A stretch of 64,000 nt of DNA from Dehalococcoidia bacterium (GCA_022827095.1 JAJDTP010000021.1:258771-322770); one strand, 5' to 3'; shown: positions 35,510 through 44,566, numbered from the stretch's first letter. A program made the numbers and translations. The notes: generated by a model from the letters alone, not told the origin.

Positions 35510-35866
35510 ATGGGAACCGTCGTGGTCACGATAGGTATCGGAGACCCGCAAGGCCGGATGTTCGAAGACATCGAAGTAATTGTGGATACCGGCTCAACCT
35601 TCACTGCAGTGCCCAGAACCACGTTGCAGCGGCTGGGAGTGCCGGTGGAACGCTCAGTACAGTCTGAACTGGCGGACGGAAGCAACGCGCCGGTGGACAT
35701 CGGAAGAACCATGGTCAGACTTGAGGAACAGGAATTCCCCACACCGGTAATCTTCGCGGAAGAGGGTGAGCCCACTTTGCTTGGCGTGGTCACGCTGGAA
35801 GAGGCGCTGATGGCCGTAGATCACGTTGCCGGACGCCTCATACCTACAAACGTGCTGCGCCTCTAG
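35510..35866 (+). CDS. retropepsin-like (clan AA) aspartic protease
   Basis: 118 aa. VIVDTGSTFTAVP (D-T-G-S catalytic motif) and LLGVVTLE near the C-terminus. GAGGAG Shine-Dalgarno. Confidence 0.7.
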   Translation: MGTVVVTIGIGDPQGRMFEDIEVIVDTGSTFTAVPRTTLQRLGVPVERSVQSELADGSNAPVDIGRTMVRLEEQEFPTPVIFAEEGEPTLLGVVTLEEALMAVDHVAGRLIPTNVLRL

Positions 35867-35868
35867 AT

Positions 35869-35929
35869 GAGGAGATTGCCGCGCTTCGCTCGCAATGACA
35901 CTTTCCCCGCAAGTCTGAACCGTTACCGC
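35869..35929. repeat. repeat-family copy with the shared 3' tail
   Basis: GAGGAGATTGCCGCGCTTCGCTCGCAATGACACTTTCCCCGCAAGTCTGAACCGTTACCGCG. The tail matches 1372-1396. Confidence 0.85.
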
Positions 35930-36003
35930 GCGGGCGGCGCGAGTGCAAACGGGGTGACCTGCGTGCTAAACTTGCGCCAACTGCGCCCGCCGGAGGTAGA
36001 GGT

Positions 36004-38214
36004 ATGCTACGCATCTACAACACCCTGACTAAGAACGTCGAGGAAATCCGGCCGATGACTCCAGGCAGGGTGTCCATGTACACCTGCGGGCCGACGGTGT
36101 ACCGCTACGCCCACATTGGAAACCTGCGCACGTACCTGATGGCCGACTGGATCCGCCGCATCCTAGTGGCCGACGGCAACGAGGTTTACCACATCAAGAA
36201 CATCACCGACGTGGGCCACATGCGCCAGGAGTTGGCCGAGGCCGGCGGCGACAAGATGATCATGGCGGCGCTGGCCGAAGGCAAGTCCCTGCAGGAAATC
36301 GGCGAGTTCTACGCGGACGTTTTCTGGCGGGACGAAGAGCGGATCAATATCCTTCCGGCCCATGTGTTCCCCTGGGCGTCGCACCACATCCCCGAGATGC
36401 TGGAGATGGTGGGCACGCTGATGAACAACGGCGCCGCGTACGAGGCGGGCGGCAACATCTACTTCGACGTGAACAGCTATCCGGAGTACGGGAAGCTGTC
36501 CCGCAATTTCGGCGGTGACCTGCTGGAGGGCGTGCGCGCCGAGGCCGACCCGTTGAAGCGGGACCCGAGAGACTTCACCCTCTGGAAAGCGGCCGAGCCG
36601 GGTCGGGACGTGAAGTGGGACAGCCCCTGGGGCGAGGGTTTCCCCGGCTGGCACATCGAATGCTCGGCCATGGCGCACAAATATCTCGGCGAGAAGTTCG
36701 ACATTCACACCGGCGGTGTCGACAACGTATTCCCGCATCATGAGGACGAGATCGCGCAGAGCGAAGGGGCGTTCGGAGAGCGTCACGTGAACTACTGGGT
36801 GCACGGACAGCACCTGCTGGCGGACGGGGCCAAGATGGCGAAGTCGGCCGGGAACGTGTTCTTGATCGAGGATCTGGCGACGCGCGGATTCGATCCTCTG
36901 GCATTCCGCTACCTGTGCATGACGGTGCGATACCGGCACCGCATGAACTTCACCTTTACGTCCCTGCGGGCGGCGGAGAAGGCGCTGACGGGCCTGCGCA
37001 ACCGCATCTGGGTGTGGCGGAACATGTCCGGCAATGGTTCGAGTCACCACGACCTGAGCGCCGCAGGCAGGGAATGGAGCGGGAAATTCTGGGACGCGGT
37101 GCACAACGACCTGGACCTGCCCACGGCGCTGGCAATCACCTGGGACATGGTGCGATCGGATCTGCCGTCGCCGGACAAGTTGGATCTGATTCTGGACTTC
37201 GACCGGGTGTTCGGGCTCGACTTGGACCAGATCCCGGAGCGGTACGAGATCGACAGTCAGAACAGCGATGCTGTGGAGCGTCGGGCCGCGTTGCGGCAGC
37301 AGTCGGCGTACCGCGATGCCGACGCGCTGCGCTCACAGATGGTGGAAGGCGGGATGGTGGTGCAAGACACCGGCGTCGCGACTCTGGTGCGACCACAGAC
37401 ACCGCTGGAACTCCAGGAAGCGCGATGGCCCTCGGTCTCCGCTTCTCGGGAAGTGCCGTCGTTGCTGGACCAGCCGGACCTCTACGACTTCACCTTCCTG
37501 GTGAACGCCTACGACTACGTGGACGACGTGCGGCGGTGCGTCGAGGCGGTGCTCCGACACACCGGAGGAGTGTCGGCGGAGATCATCGTGGTGGACAACG
37601 GGTCCACGGACGGCACAGCTGAATACCTGGAGGAGGCGCAGGCTGAGCACACGAACGTGCGGGTAATACACTGCGACCACGTGGTGGGCGATGCCGCGGG
37701 CAAGAACATCGGGTTGAAGCAGGCGCGCGGCCGGTACATCGTATTGCTGGACGCCTCGACCGAGGTGGTCGGGGATATCCTTTCGCCGGTGGCAGACCAC
37801 CTGGCCGACCACAGCATCGGCGTGTTCGGTCCGTATGGGTTGACGACCGATGACATGCAGCACTTCCACGAGGAGGTGGACCGAGGCGACGCCGACGCGA
37901 TGCAGGCATACTGCATGGCGTTCCGTCGGGCCGACCTGCCCTCCGTGGGGTTGATGCACGAGTCCTTCCGGTTCTACCGGAACCTGGACATCGACTACTG
38001 CTTCCAGTTCAAGAACTCGGGGTACCGGGTGGTATGCGACAGCAGCCTGCCGCTGGTGCGCCACGAGCATCGCCAGTGGGAGGAGTTGGAGGAGAACCAG
38101 CGCGACGAGCTGAGCCGGAAGAACTTCGGCCGGTTCCTGAAACGCTGGGGCAACCGGCCCGACCTGCTGATCAACCCCGACGCGCGGGGGTTCGATACCG
38201 GGTTCCGGCACTGA
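36004..38214 (+). CDS. cysS: cysteine--tRNA ligase fused to a C-terminal family-2 glycosyltransferase domain
   Basis: 736 aa, uninterrupted. CysRS part: YAHIGNLRTY (HIGH), GWHIECSAM, FPHHEDEIAQSE, KMAKS, MVVQDTGVATLV. GT2 part from about 37480: FLVNAYDYVDDVRRCVEAVL, EIIVVDNGSTDGT, VLLDAS. Confidence 0.85.
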   Translation: MLRIYNTLTKNVEEIRPMTPGRVSMYTCGPTVYRYAHIGNLRTYLMADWIRRILVADGNEVYHIKNITDVGHMRQELAEAGGDKMIMAALAEGKSLQEIGEFYADVFWRDEERINILPAHVFPWASHHIPEMLEMVGTLMNNGAAYEAGGNIYFDVNSYPEYGKLSRNFGGDLLEGVRAEADPLKRDPRDFTLWKAAEPGRDVKWDSPWGEGFPGWHIECSAMAHKYLGEKFDIHTGGVDNVFPHHEDEIAQSEGAFGERHVNYWVHGQHLLADGAKMAKSAGNVFLIEDLATRGFDPLAFRYLCMTVRYRHRMNFTFTSLRAAEKALTGLRNRIWVWRNMSGNGSSHHDLSAAGREWSGKFWDAVHNDLDLPTALAITWDMVRSDLPSPDKLDLILDFDRVFGLDLDQIPERYEIDSQNSDAVERRAALRQQSAYRDADALRSQMVEGGMVVQDTGVATLVRPQTPLELQEARWPSVSASREVPSLLDQPDLYDFTFLVNAYDYVDDVRRCVEAVLRHTGGVSAEIIVVDNGSTDGTAEYLEEAQAEHTNVRVIHCDHVVGDAAGKNIGLKQARGRYIVLLDASTEVVGDILSPVADHLADHSIGVFGPYGLTTDDMQHFHEEVDRGDADAMQAYCMAFRRADLPSVGLMHESFRFYRNLDIDYCFQFKNSGYRVVCDSSLPLVRHEHRQWEELEENQRDELSRKNFGRFLKRWGNRPDLLINPDARGFDTGFRH

Positions 38215-38275
38215 TACGCCTGTCCGGTATTGCACGGGGAGCAAACGCCCGCAAAGGTTGGAAAGCAGTCATAGC

Positions 38276-38662
38276 ATGACCACCATTGCAATTCAGGACA
38301 ACGTTGACGAAATCTTTTCGGATGCACGTCGGATGCAGGTTCAGGCTATCGAACGTCTGGAACATGGCAACATTCGAGACGCGGCGGAAAAGGCCTGGTG
38401 CGCCACCAAGCGGGCCACCGACGCGCTAATCCTGGCGTTGACAGGACAAGAGCCAGGACCAACCGGGCTGACCAGCGACTGCCTGGATGATCTGGTCGAG
38501 TCGGGCAGGGCGACAAACTCGCTGCAACGGCGATATTACAGCCGCCTCAGCCAGTTGCACGGCGCGTGCTTCTACTCCGGCGCGTGCAACCGACATACCG
38601 AGAGGCGTATCCGCGAAACCGCCGCGTTCATCGCGGACGCCCAATCCCTATCGGGCGGGTGA
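38276..38662 (+). CDS. PaREP1/HEPN-like small helical protein
   Basis: 128 aa (or 134 aa from TTG 38258). GNIRDAAEKAWCATKRATDALILA and RLSQLHGACFYSG (R-x4-H). Lies 61 nt after the cysS stop, on the same strand. Confidence 0.6.
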   Translation: MTTIAIQDNVDEIFSDARRMQVQAIERLEHGNIRDAAEKAWCATKRATDALILALTGQEPGPTGLTSDCLDDLVESGRATNSLQRRYYSRLSQLHGACFYSGACNRHTERRIRETAAFIADAQSLSGG

Positions 38663-38687
38663 CCGCGCGGTCAGGGCCGAAAGCAGA

Positions 38688-38709
38688 AGGGGCGAATAAA
38701 TCCGCCCCT
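38688..38709. terminator. hairpin between convergent genes
   Basis: AGGGGCG-aataaatc-CGCCCCT followed by ACGATTTGGTGGGTTT. Confidence 0.45.
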
Positions 38710-38735
38710 ACGATTTGGTGGGTTTGCGTTGCAGA

Positions 38736-39611
38736 TCAGCTGCGGCCGAACCAGTCGGGGTGTACGGCCTGGAGGCCGAGCTGAGGCCAGGCGGCGGGAG
38801 CGCCGCACTTTTCGAGCCTCGCATCCAGCGGCAGGGATTCGTCCCAGTAGTAAGCGATGATGCGGCGGCCGTTCCAGTCGCTGGCATCGTCGGAGGCGAT
38901 CCAGACGACCGGGGCCTGCATGACCTCGGGCTGGATGAGGGCATCGGCGGTGGCGCCCTCGGGCGGCAGTACCATGTTGGTCGCGGTCGCTCCGCCGGGG
39001 GTGAGGACGTTGGCGGTGACGCCTGTCCCTTCCAGATCCTGGGCCATGATGGCAACCAGGGCCTCGTGCCCCGCCTTGGACGGTCCGTAGGGCGCGCCAC
39101 CCTTGCGCCACATGGTGTCCATGCTGGTGGTGACGCCGATGATTCGGCCGAAACCCTGCTCCATCATGTGGCCGGCCACGGCGTTGGCCATGAGGAACGG
39201 ACCGCTCAGGTTGACGGAGATCACGCGCAGCCACGCGTCCGGGTCGATGTCGAAGAAACCGGTGCGGCTGCCGGAGGCGCTGCCGCCGAAACCGGCAGTG
39301 CGCGGGTTGATGCCGGCGTTATTCACGAGGATATGGAGGCCGCCCATTTCACTGATGGTGCGCTGCACCGCGTTCTGTACCGAATCGGGATCAGTGACGT
39401 CGGCGATGATGGGCAGCACGCACTCGTCGCCGCCGAGTTCTCGCATGTCGTTGGCGGTCTGGTCAAGCCAGTCCTCGTTGATGTCGAGCATGGCGACGCG
39501 GGCGCCGGCGCGGACCAGGCCGGTGGTGATGGAGCGGCCCATGCCAATGGGGCTCGCGGCGCCGGTCACGATGGCAACACGGCCCTGGAGGGTTTCGGAG
39601 CGGGTAGTCAT
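38736..39611 (-). CDS. SDR family oxidoreductase
   Basis: GRVAIVTGAASPIGMG, NNAG, and YGPSK catalytic region. ATG 39609-39611. The track's N-terminal extension is rejected. Confidence 0.85.
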   Translation of the reverse strand: MTTRSETLQGRVAIVTGAASPIGMGRSITTGLVRAGARVAMLDINEDWLDQTANDMRELGGDECVLPIIADVTDPDSVQNAVQRTISEMGGLHILVNNAGINPRTAGFGGSASGSRTGFFDIDPDAWLRVISVNLSGPFLMANAVAGHMMEQGFGRIIGVTTSMDTMWRKGGAPYGPSKAGHEALVAIMAQDLEGTGVTANVLTPGGATATNMVLPPEGATADALIQPEVMQAPVVWIASDDASDWNGRRIIAYYWDESLPLDARLEKCGAPAAWPQLGLQAVHPDWFGRS

Positions 39612-39784
39612 GGAGGTCACCTCTGGGTTCAGTCGTCGGGATGAGAGCGGAACGATGATAACCGCTGGTGCGGTAGTTGTTAAGGGCGACTGGTACAGCC
39701 ATCCTTGACCCGCGAACGGGCCGATGTTAAATTGGCCGCCGTGTTTCGTTGCAAACTTTACGATTTTCGTCGCATGGATACCAC

Positions 39785-40747
39785 ATGAGTGAACTGGCCG
39801 AACGGGTGCTGAAGGGTGAGCTGCGCGCTCTGTCACGTGTGCTGACACTGCTGGAACGCGGCGACCCAGCAGCGGCGGAAGCGATGGCCACGCTGGACCC
39901 GTACACCGGCGCGGGATACGCGGTCGGGATCACCGGCCCGCCTGGAGTGGGCAAGAGCACGCTGGTGGACCGCCTGACGGAGCACCTGCGTGGTCTAGGA
40001 CTCTCGGTAGGCATCCTGGCGGTAGACCCGACGAGTCCGTTCACAGGCGGGGCGCTGCTGGGCGACCGGATCCGGATGCAGCGGCACTACCTGGACGACG
40101 GGGTTTTCATCCGCAGCGTGGCGACGCGGGGGCAGTCCGGCGGGCTGCCGCGCATCGTGAAAAGCATGGTGCGCGCGCTGGACGCCGCGGGCAAGGACGT
40201 GACGCTGGTGGAAACGGTGGGGGTGGGACAGACGGAACTGGGGATCATGGGCGTAGCGGACTCGGTCGTGGTTGCGATGACGCCAGAATCGGGTGATTCG
40301 ATACAGACCCTGAAAGCCGGCGTCATGGAGATCGCCGATCTTTATGTCATTAACAAGGCCGACCGTGACGGCGCCAACCAACTATCGGCGGCCGTGACCG
40401 CAATGCTGCAATTGTCGGACTTGAGCGATGCCTGGAACCCGCCGGTTCTGCTGACTCAAGCTTACGCCAATGTAGGGATCGAGGAGTTGTGGGACAGCGT
40501 TACCGCGCACCGCGATTACATGAACGACAAGGGCGGGTTGGAAAAGCGGCGTGCCGAACGGCGGCGCGCGGAGTTCCTGGAAACGGTGCAGGAGGAACTG
40601 CACCGGCGGATCACGGAGCGGCTGGAAAACGACGCGGAGTTGGGCGAACTGCTGAGGCAGATAGACGGGAAGGTTGCGGAGCCTTACGGAGCGGCGATGG
40701 GGTTGCTGGCGAACGAAGGAGGATTGGCTAATCTTGCCGGCGAATAA
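39785..40747 (+). CDS. meaB: methylmalonyl-CoA mutase-associated GTPase MeaB/ArgK
   Basis: GITGPPGVGKST (P-loop), VETVGVGQ, INKADRDG (NKxD). Confidence 0.9.
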   Translation: MSELAERVLKGELRALSRVLTLLERGDPAAAEAMATLDPYTGAGYAVGITGPPGVGKSTLVDRLTEHLRGLGLSVGILAVDPTSPFTGGALLGDRIRMQRHYLDDGVFIRSVATRGQSGGLPRIVKSMVRALDAAGKDVTLVETVGVGQTELGIMGVADSVVVAMTPESGDSIQTLKAGVMEIADLYVINKADRDGANQLSAAVTAMLQLSDLSDAWNPPVLLTQAYANVGIEELWDSVTAHRDYMNDKGGLEKRRAERRRAEFLETVQEELHRRITERLENDAELGELLRQIDGKVAEPYGAAMGLLANEGGLANLAGE

Positions 40748-40759
40748 TGGGGTATAGCC

Positions 40760-41212
40760 GTGGACATTGAAGGTCGGCGGCGTGGGGTCGATGGCGACGA
40801 TTCCCTGCTGGCATCAGTTGCCGGCGTACCGCTGACACGGATGGCACGCATTGCGGTGTGCGTGATTTGGGCCGGGTTTTGGGCGGCGCGCATCCTGCTG
40901 ACGGACGCGATCACGCATATTAGCCCGTTCGATGCGAAACTGCTATTATCGGAATTAGTGGGTTTAGGGCCGGTCGACCAGGCGTTCAGCATCTGCATGG
41001 TATGGCTGACGGTTGAAGTGGCAACCATTGCCGCAGACGTTATATCTGGGGGGACAAGAATGCTAATTGCAAAGACACCGCGCGGCTTGAAATCGGCCAT
41101 ATTGGAAGGGCTTACCGATGGATTATCTCCGGAAGAGCTCGAGGCCATCGCCGCAAAAATACGACAGGCGCGGCAGGAGAAGGCTGCCAAAAAGAATGGC
41201 AAGGGAGATTAG
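40760..41212 (+). CDS. hypothetical membrane protein
   Basis: 150 aa with a GTG start, hydrophobic segments, and a Lys-rich tail. No family recognised. Confidence 0.4.
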   Translation: MDIEGRRRGVDGDDSLLASVAGVPLTRMARIAVCVIWAGFWAARILLTDAITHISPFDAKLLLSELVGLGPVDQAFSICMVWLTVEVATIAADVISGGTRMLIAKTPRGLKSAILEGLTDGLSPEELEAIAAKIRQARQEKAAKKNGKGD

Positions 41213-41274
41213 CGTCGCCTCGCCCGCGCCTAGGCATCCCGCCAAGTGAGAGATTGCGTTCTGCGGATATGCCA

Positions 41275-41529
41275 CTAGGAGTACGCTTCCATAACCGAAC
41301 CAAAAAATGCCCAAGCCAGTAGCATTGCGATCAGCCAGAAAATCATCCCTCCCAGTCCGAGCCCCACACCGACCCAAAACCCGACTTTGATTAGCGTCCC
41401 TATATTGGTAAATGTTCCTCGAACCAACTCATGACGAGTGCGTTCATTCAGGTCATAGCTGACCGCGTCATCCTCTTGCATCTGACGCAACATTTCCTCG
41501 CCATCTGGCGGCGCATTAGCTACCATCAC
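41275..41529 (-). CDS. small hypothetical membrane protein
   Basis: 84 aa. An acidic N-terminal half, then two Gly-rich TM helices (VGFWVGVGLGLGGMIFWLIAMLLAWAFFG). AT-richer segment. Confidence 0.5.
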   Translation of the reverse strand: MMVANAPPDGEEMLRQMQEDDAVSYDLNERTRHELVRGTFTNIGTLIKVGFWVGVGLGLGGMIFWLIAMLLAWAFFGSVMEAYS

Positions 41530-41555
41530 TCTCTCCTTCTATGGGCACGGCTTGG

Positions 41556-42070
41556 TCAGCGGAGCCGGCGGATTTCCTCCGCTATTTCGAATGTGATTGG
41601 AAACAGGGTTGGCGGCCGGTCCAAGTGTCGGCGTCCAACAGTTGACATGGAGCTCCATCTAACTTCGTTCGTCCACTCGACCTTGCGCAAATACCCCCAA
41701 TCTTCGGTTATGTGGTGTGGAGGATAAACCAATTCGACCCTGCGGTAATCAGTATCAGATTGGGCGACACCAATGTGGTACAAGCGTTGCCGTCTATCGT
41801 TCGTCACGATGATGTCCCCAGCACGGATTTCCTGACAAAACTGTAGGATCATGCGAGCCCATTGCCCTACAGCGTTGGGATGGGCCGAATGTTTAGTTTG
41901 CTCCAAACGACCCTCAACTGGGCAAAGCTCGTTTCGGGATAGACTTGGCCAGTGTCGCCACCCCATCCCAAGTATGCGACACCCTGTTTCAGGAAATGGT
42001 CAAGTACTAGACCGCGCCGTCCACACCGGATCATCCACATTGTCGAGCTTTCAGATTCCATAAATCGCAC
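41556..42070 (-). pseudogene. frameshifted gene for a small domain protein (resembles the N-terminal domain of some Mrr-type restriction proteins; recollection only)
   Basis: Two overlapping minus-strand ORFs (41867-42070 and 41556-41966). Together they read MWMIRCGRRGLVLDHFLKQGVAYLGWGGDTGQV / SRNELCPVEGRLEQ...WARMILQFCQEIRAGDIIV...YLRKVEWTNEV. Confidence 0.55.
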
Positions 42071-42150
42071 TTTCCTGAAAGTACTCGTTAGGTACGGGCA
42101 AACGCAGCGGTTGAAACCTGCACTCTGACTGCACAGAGGTTGAGTGTGGC

Positions 42151-43062
42151 CTAGCTGCGGCTTTCACCGTCAGCACTGGTGCCGTTGCCAGTATTGCCAC
42201 GGTTGTTGCCGCCGTCCTGTGGGTTCATGCCGCCCATGCCGAGGAAGGGGGAGAGCATGGAGGTGAACTCCATGGGGAAGATGAACTTGGTGGAGGGACT
42301 TTCGCCCAGGGACTTGAGCGTGTCGAAGTACTGGAGGCTCATGGTGCGGGCGTCCACCGTGCTGGCAACGCTGAAGATGCGTTCCAGAGCAGAACTGAAG
42401 CCCTCAGCCCGCAGGACCTGGGCCTGCTGATCGCCCTCGGCCTGGAGGATTTCCGACTCGCGCTGGCCCTGGGCCCGCAGGATGGCCGATTGGCGTTCGC
42501 CCTCGGCGAGGTTGATGGCGGCCTGACGCTGGCCCTCGGACTCGGTAATCTCGGCGGTGCGGATGGCGTCGGCGGACTTCTGCCGCTCCATGGCGGCCTT
42601 GACGCCGGGAGGCGGGTCAACCTCGTTGATCTCCACTTGGGACACTTTGACGCCCCAGCGGGTGGTGACCTCGTCCATGCGGATCTGGACGTCGTCGCGG
42701 ATGCGCTCGCGCTCAGACAGCGTCGTCGCCAGATCCAGGGAACCGATGACGGAGCGCAGGGTAGCAAAGGCCAGGTTGATGACGGCGGCCTCGAAGTTCT
42801 GAACCTCCAGCACGGCGCGGTCGACCTGATCATCCATGACGCGGTAGTAGATCACGAAGTCCATGTCCACCACCACGTTGTCGGCGGTGATGTACTTCTG
42901 GGTGGGGACGCGGGTGACCCGTTCCCGAAGGTCAACCTTGGTGCCGTGGTAAAGGATCGGGATGAGGAAGCGCAGGCCGGGCCCCCTGGTGCCGATATAG
43001 GTACCGAACCGTTGGACTACCATACGCTGGTATTGCTGGACGACGACAATGCCTGCGGCCAT
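42151..43062 (-). CDS. SPFH/band-7 (stomatin-like) protein
   Basis: IVVVQQYQRMVVQRFGTY...RVPTQKYITADNVVVDMDFVIYYRV, followed by a coiled-coil AEGE/AQGQ region. Confidence 0.9.
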   Translation of the reverse strand: MAAGIVVVQQYQRMVVQRFGTYIGTRGPGLRFLIPILYHGTKVDLRERVTRVPTQKYITADNVVVDMDFVIYYRVMDDQVDRAVLEVQNFEAAVINLAFATLRSVIGSLDLATTLSERERIRDDVQIRMDEVTTRWGVKVSQVEINEVDPPPGVKAAMERQKSADAIRTAEITESEGQRQAAINLAEGERQSAILRAQGQRESEILQAEGDQQAQVLRAEGFSSALERIFSVASTVDARTMSLQYFDTLKSLGESPSTKFIFPMEFTSMLSPFLGMGGMNPQDGGNNRGNTGNGTSADGESRS

Positions 43063-43117
43063 GCTGATGCCTCCTTATCGGATCGGCGTGTTCTGGGCTA
43101 TCGAGATCATTCTAGCA

Positions 43118-44566
43118 TCATTCCTGGCCCTCAACGGCGGCAGGGCCAGCCTCAACCTCAACAGTGAGCAGCAGGCCGCTCACGGCGACCACGCGCACGC
43201 GGTGTCCGGCCGGAATGTGGAGGCCATCGCTGCTGACGCTGGACCAGGTCTCATCAGCCAGCGCGACCACCCCACGAGGTTGCAGCGCCGACGTCACCAC
43301 GCCGGTCTGTCCGACGAGGCTGCCGGGTGAACTGCGGCCGTCGCTGCCGGCGCCTTCGCTCTGACCTGCGCCGCGCCGACGGCGCATTCGGGACATAATC
43401 ACCTCGTAGGCAAGATAGGCAGCGACGGACAACAATACGCCACCGACGCCGACCAGCACCCAACGGTTTACCGACACCGTGGGAAAGCTAGGGGGAGTGA
43501 TGCGTCCGCCGCCAAAGTCCCCGAACAACAACAGGCCGCCGACCACCAGGCTCACCGCCGCGCCGATGCCTAAAGCGCCGAACCCGGACACGAAAATCTC
43601 CAGGGCGGCCAGCACGATGGCCAGCAGGATGAATGCCACGCCGGCCCAATTGAAAGGAAGATTACCCAGGGCGAGAAACCCCAGGCCGAGGCAGATGATG
43701 CCCGCGACGCCGGGGCCGATGGCTCCCGGAGTGAGCATCTCGATGATCAATCCGATGCTGCCCAGGGTCAGCAGCAGGAAGGCGATGTTGGGATTGGAGA
43801 TGAAATCTACGAAGCGCTCCCGCCATTGCATCTTGAGTTCCCGCACCTCGACGCCGGCGAGTTCGAGTGTGTGTTCTCCCGCGATCGTGACGACGGTGCG
43901 GCCGTCCAGGGCGACGAGAAGCGCGGGGATGTCATCGGCGATCAGGTCGATGATGTCTGCCTCCAAAGCCTCGCTGGAGCTGTAGGAGGCGGCGGAGCGG
44001 ACAGTTTCCTCCAGTGCGTCGGCGTTGCGGCCGCGCTCCTCGGCGATGGCGCGGATAAGGGCGGCAGCGTCGTTGGTTGCCTTGTCGGCCAGGGTCTCGC
44101 TGATTTCCTCGCCGGTGCCTGAGACCGGGGTGGCGGCGCCGATGTTGGAGCCGGGGGTCATGGCGGCAACGTGGGCCGCCGCGGTGATGAACGTTCCGGC
44201 CGAGCCAGCCTGAGAACCACGCGGGGAAACGAACACGGCGACGGGCACGGGAGAGCCGAGGAGAATTTCCACAATCTCGCGGGTGCTGCTGTACAAGCCG
44301 CCCGGCGTGTCCAGGCCAATGATGAGCAGCTGGGCTCCGGTCTCGTTGGCACGGTCGACGGCACGCTGGATCACTCGGACCTTGACGGGACTGATGGTCT
44401 TCTCGACGCGGAGGTTCAGGACGGTGTCCGCCTGGGCGCCGACGCCGGCCTGCGTTTCGATCAGACCGAACAGGCCGAGGCAAATGAACAGAGCGCACGT
44501 GGTGATGACGGTCCACCGCTTCACGCGTGGATGTCGTGAACGGTCGATTGTGGCGGAGGCGAACAT
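43118..44566 (-). CDS. NfeD-family membrane-bound ClpP-class serine protease
   Basis: 482 aa. GLDTPGGLYSSTREI, SAGTFITAAAHVAAMTPGSNIGAATPV, a multi-TM middle, and a C-terminal OB (NfeD) domain. Upstream of the SPFH gene, as in known nfeD-stomatin operons. Confidence 0.9.
   Translation of the reverse strand: MFASATIDRSRHPRVKRWTVITTCALFICLGLFGLIETQAGVGAQADTVLNLRVEKTISPVKVRVIQRAVDRANETGAQLLIIGLDTPGGLYSSTREIVEILLGSPVPVAVFVSPRGSQAGSAGTFITAAAHVAAMTPGSNIGAATPVSGTGEEISETLADKATNDAAALIRAIAEERGRNADALEETVRSAASYSSSEALEADIIDLIADDIPALLVALDGRTVVTIAGEHTLELAGVEVRELKMQWRERFVDFISNPNIAFLLLTLGSIGLIIEMLTPGAIGPGVAGIICLGLGFLALGNLPFNWAGVAFILLAIVLAALEIFVSGFGALGIGAAVSLVVGGLLLFGDFGGGRITPPSFPTVSVNRWVLVGVGGVLLSVAAYLAYEVIMSRMRRRRGAGQSEGAGSDGRSSPGSLVGQTGVVTSALQPRGVVALADETWSSVSSDGLHIPAGHRVRVVAVSGLLLTVEVEAGPAAVEGQE

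Noticed and set aside
35199-35551. ORFs 35199-35477 (plus strand) and 35285-35551 (minus strand) in the spacer before the retropepsin-like gene.
   Set aside because: They have no Shine-Dalgarno, they overlap the hairpin and the GGATT repeat array, and their composition is low in complexity.
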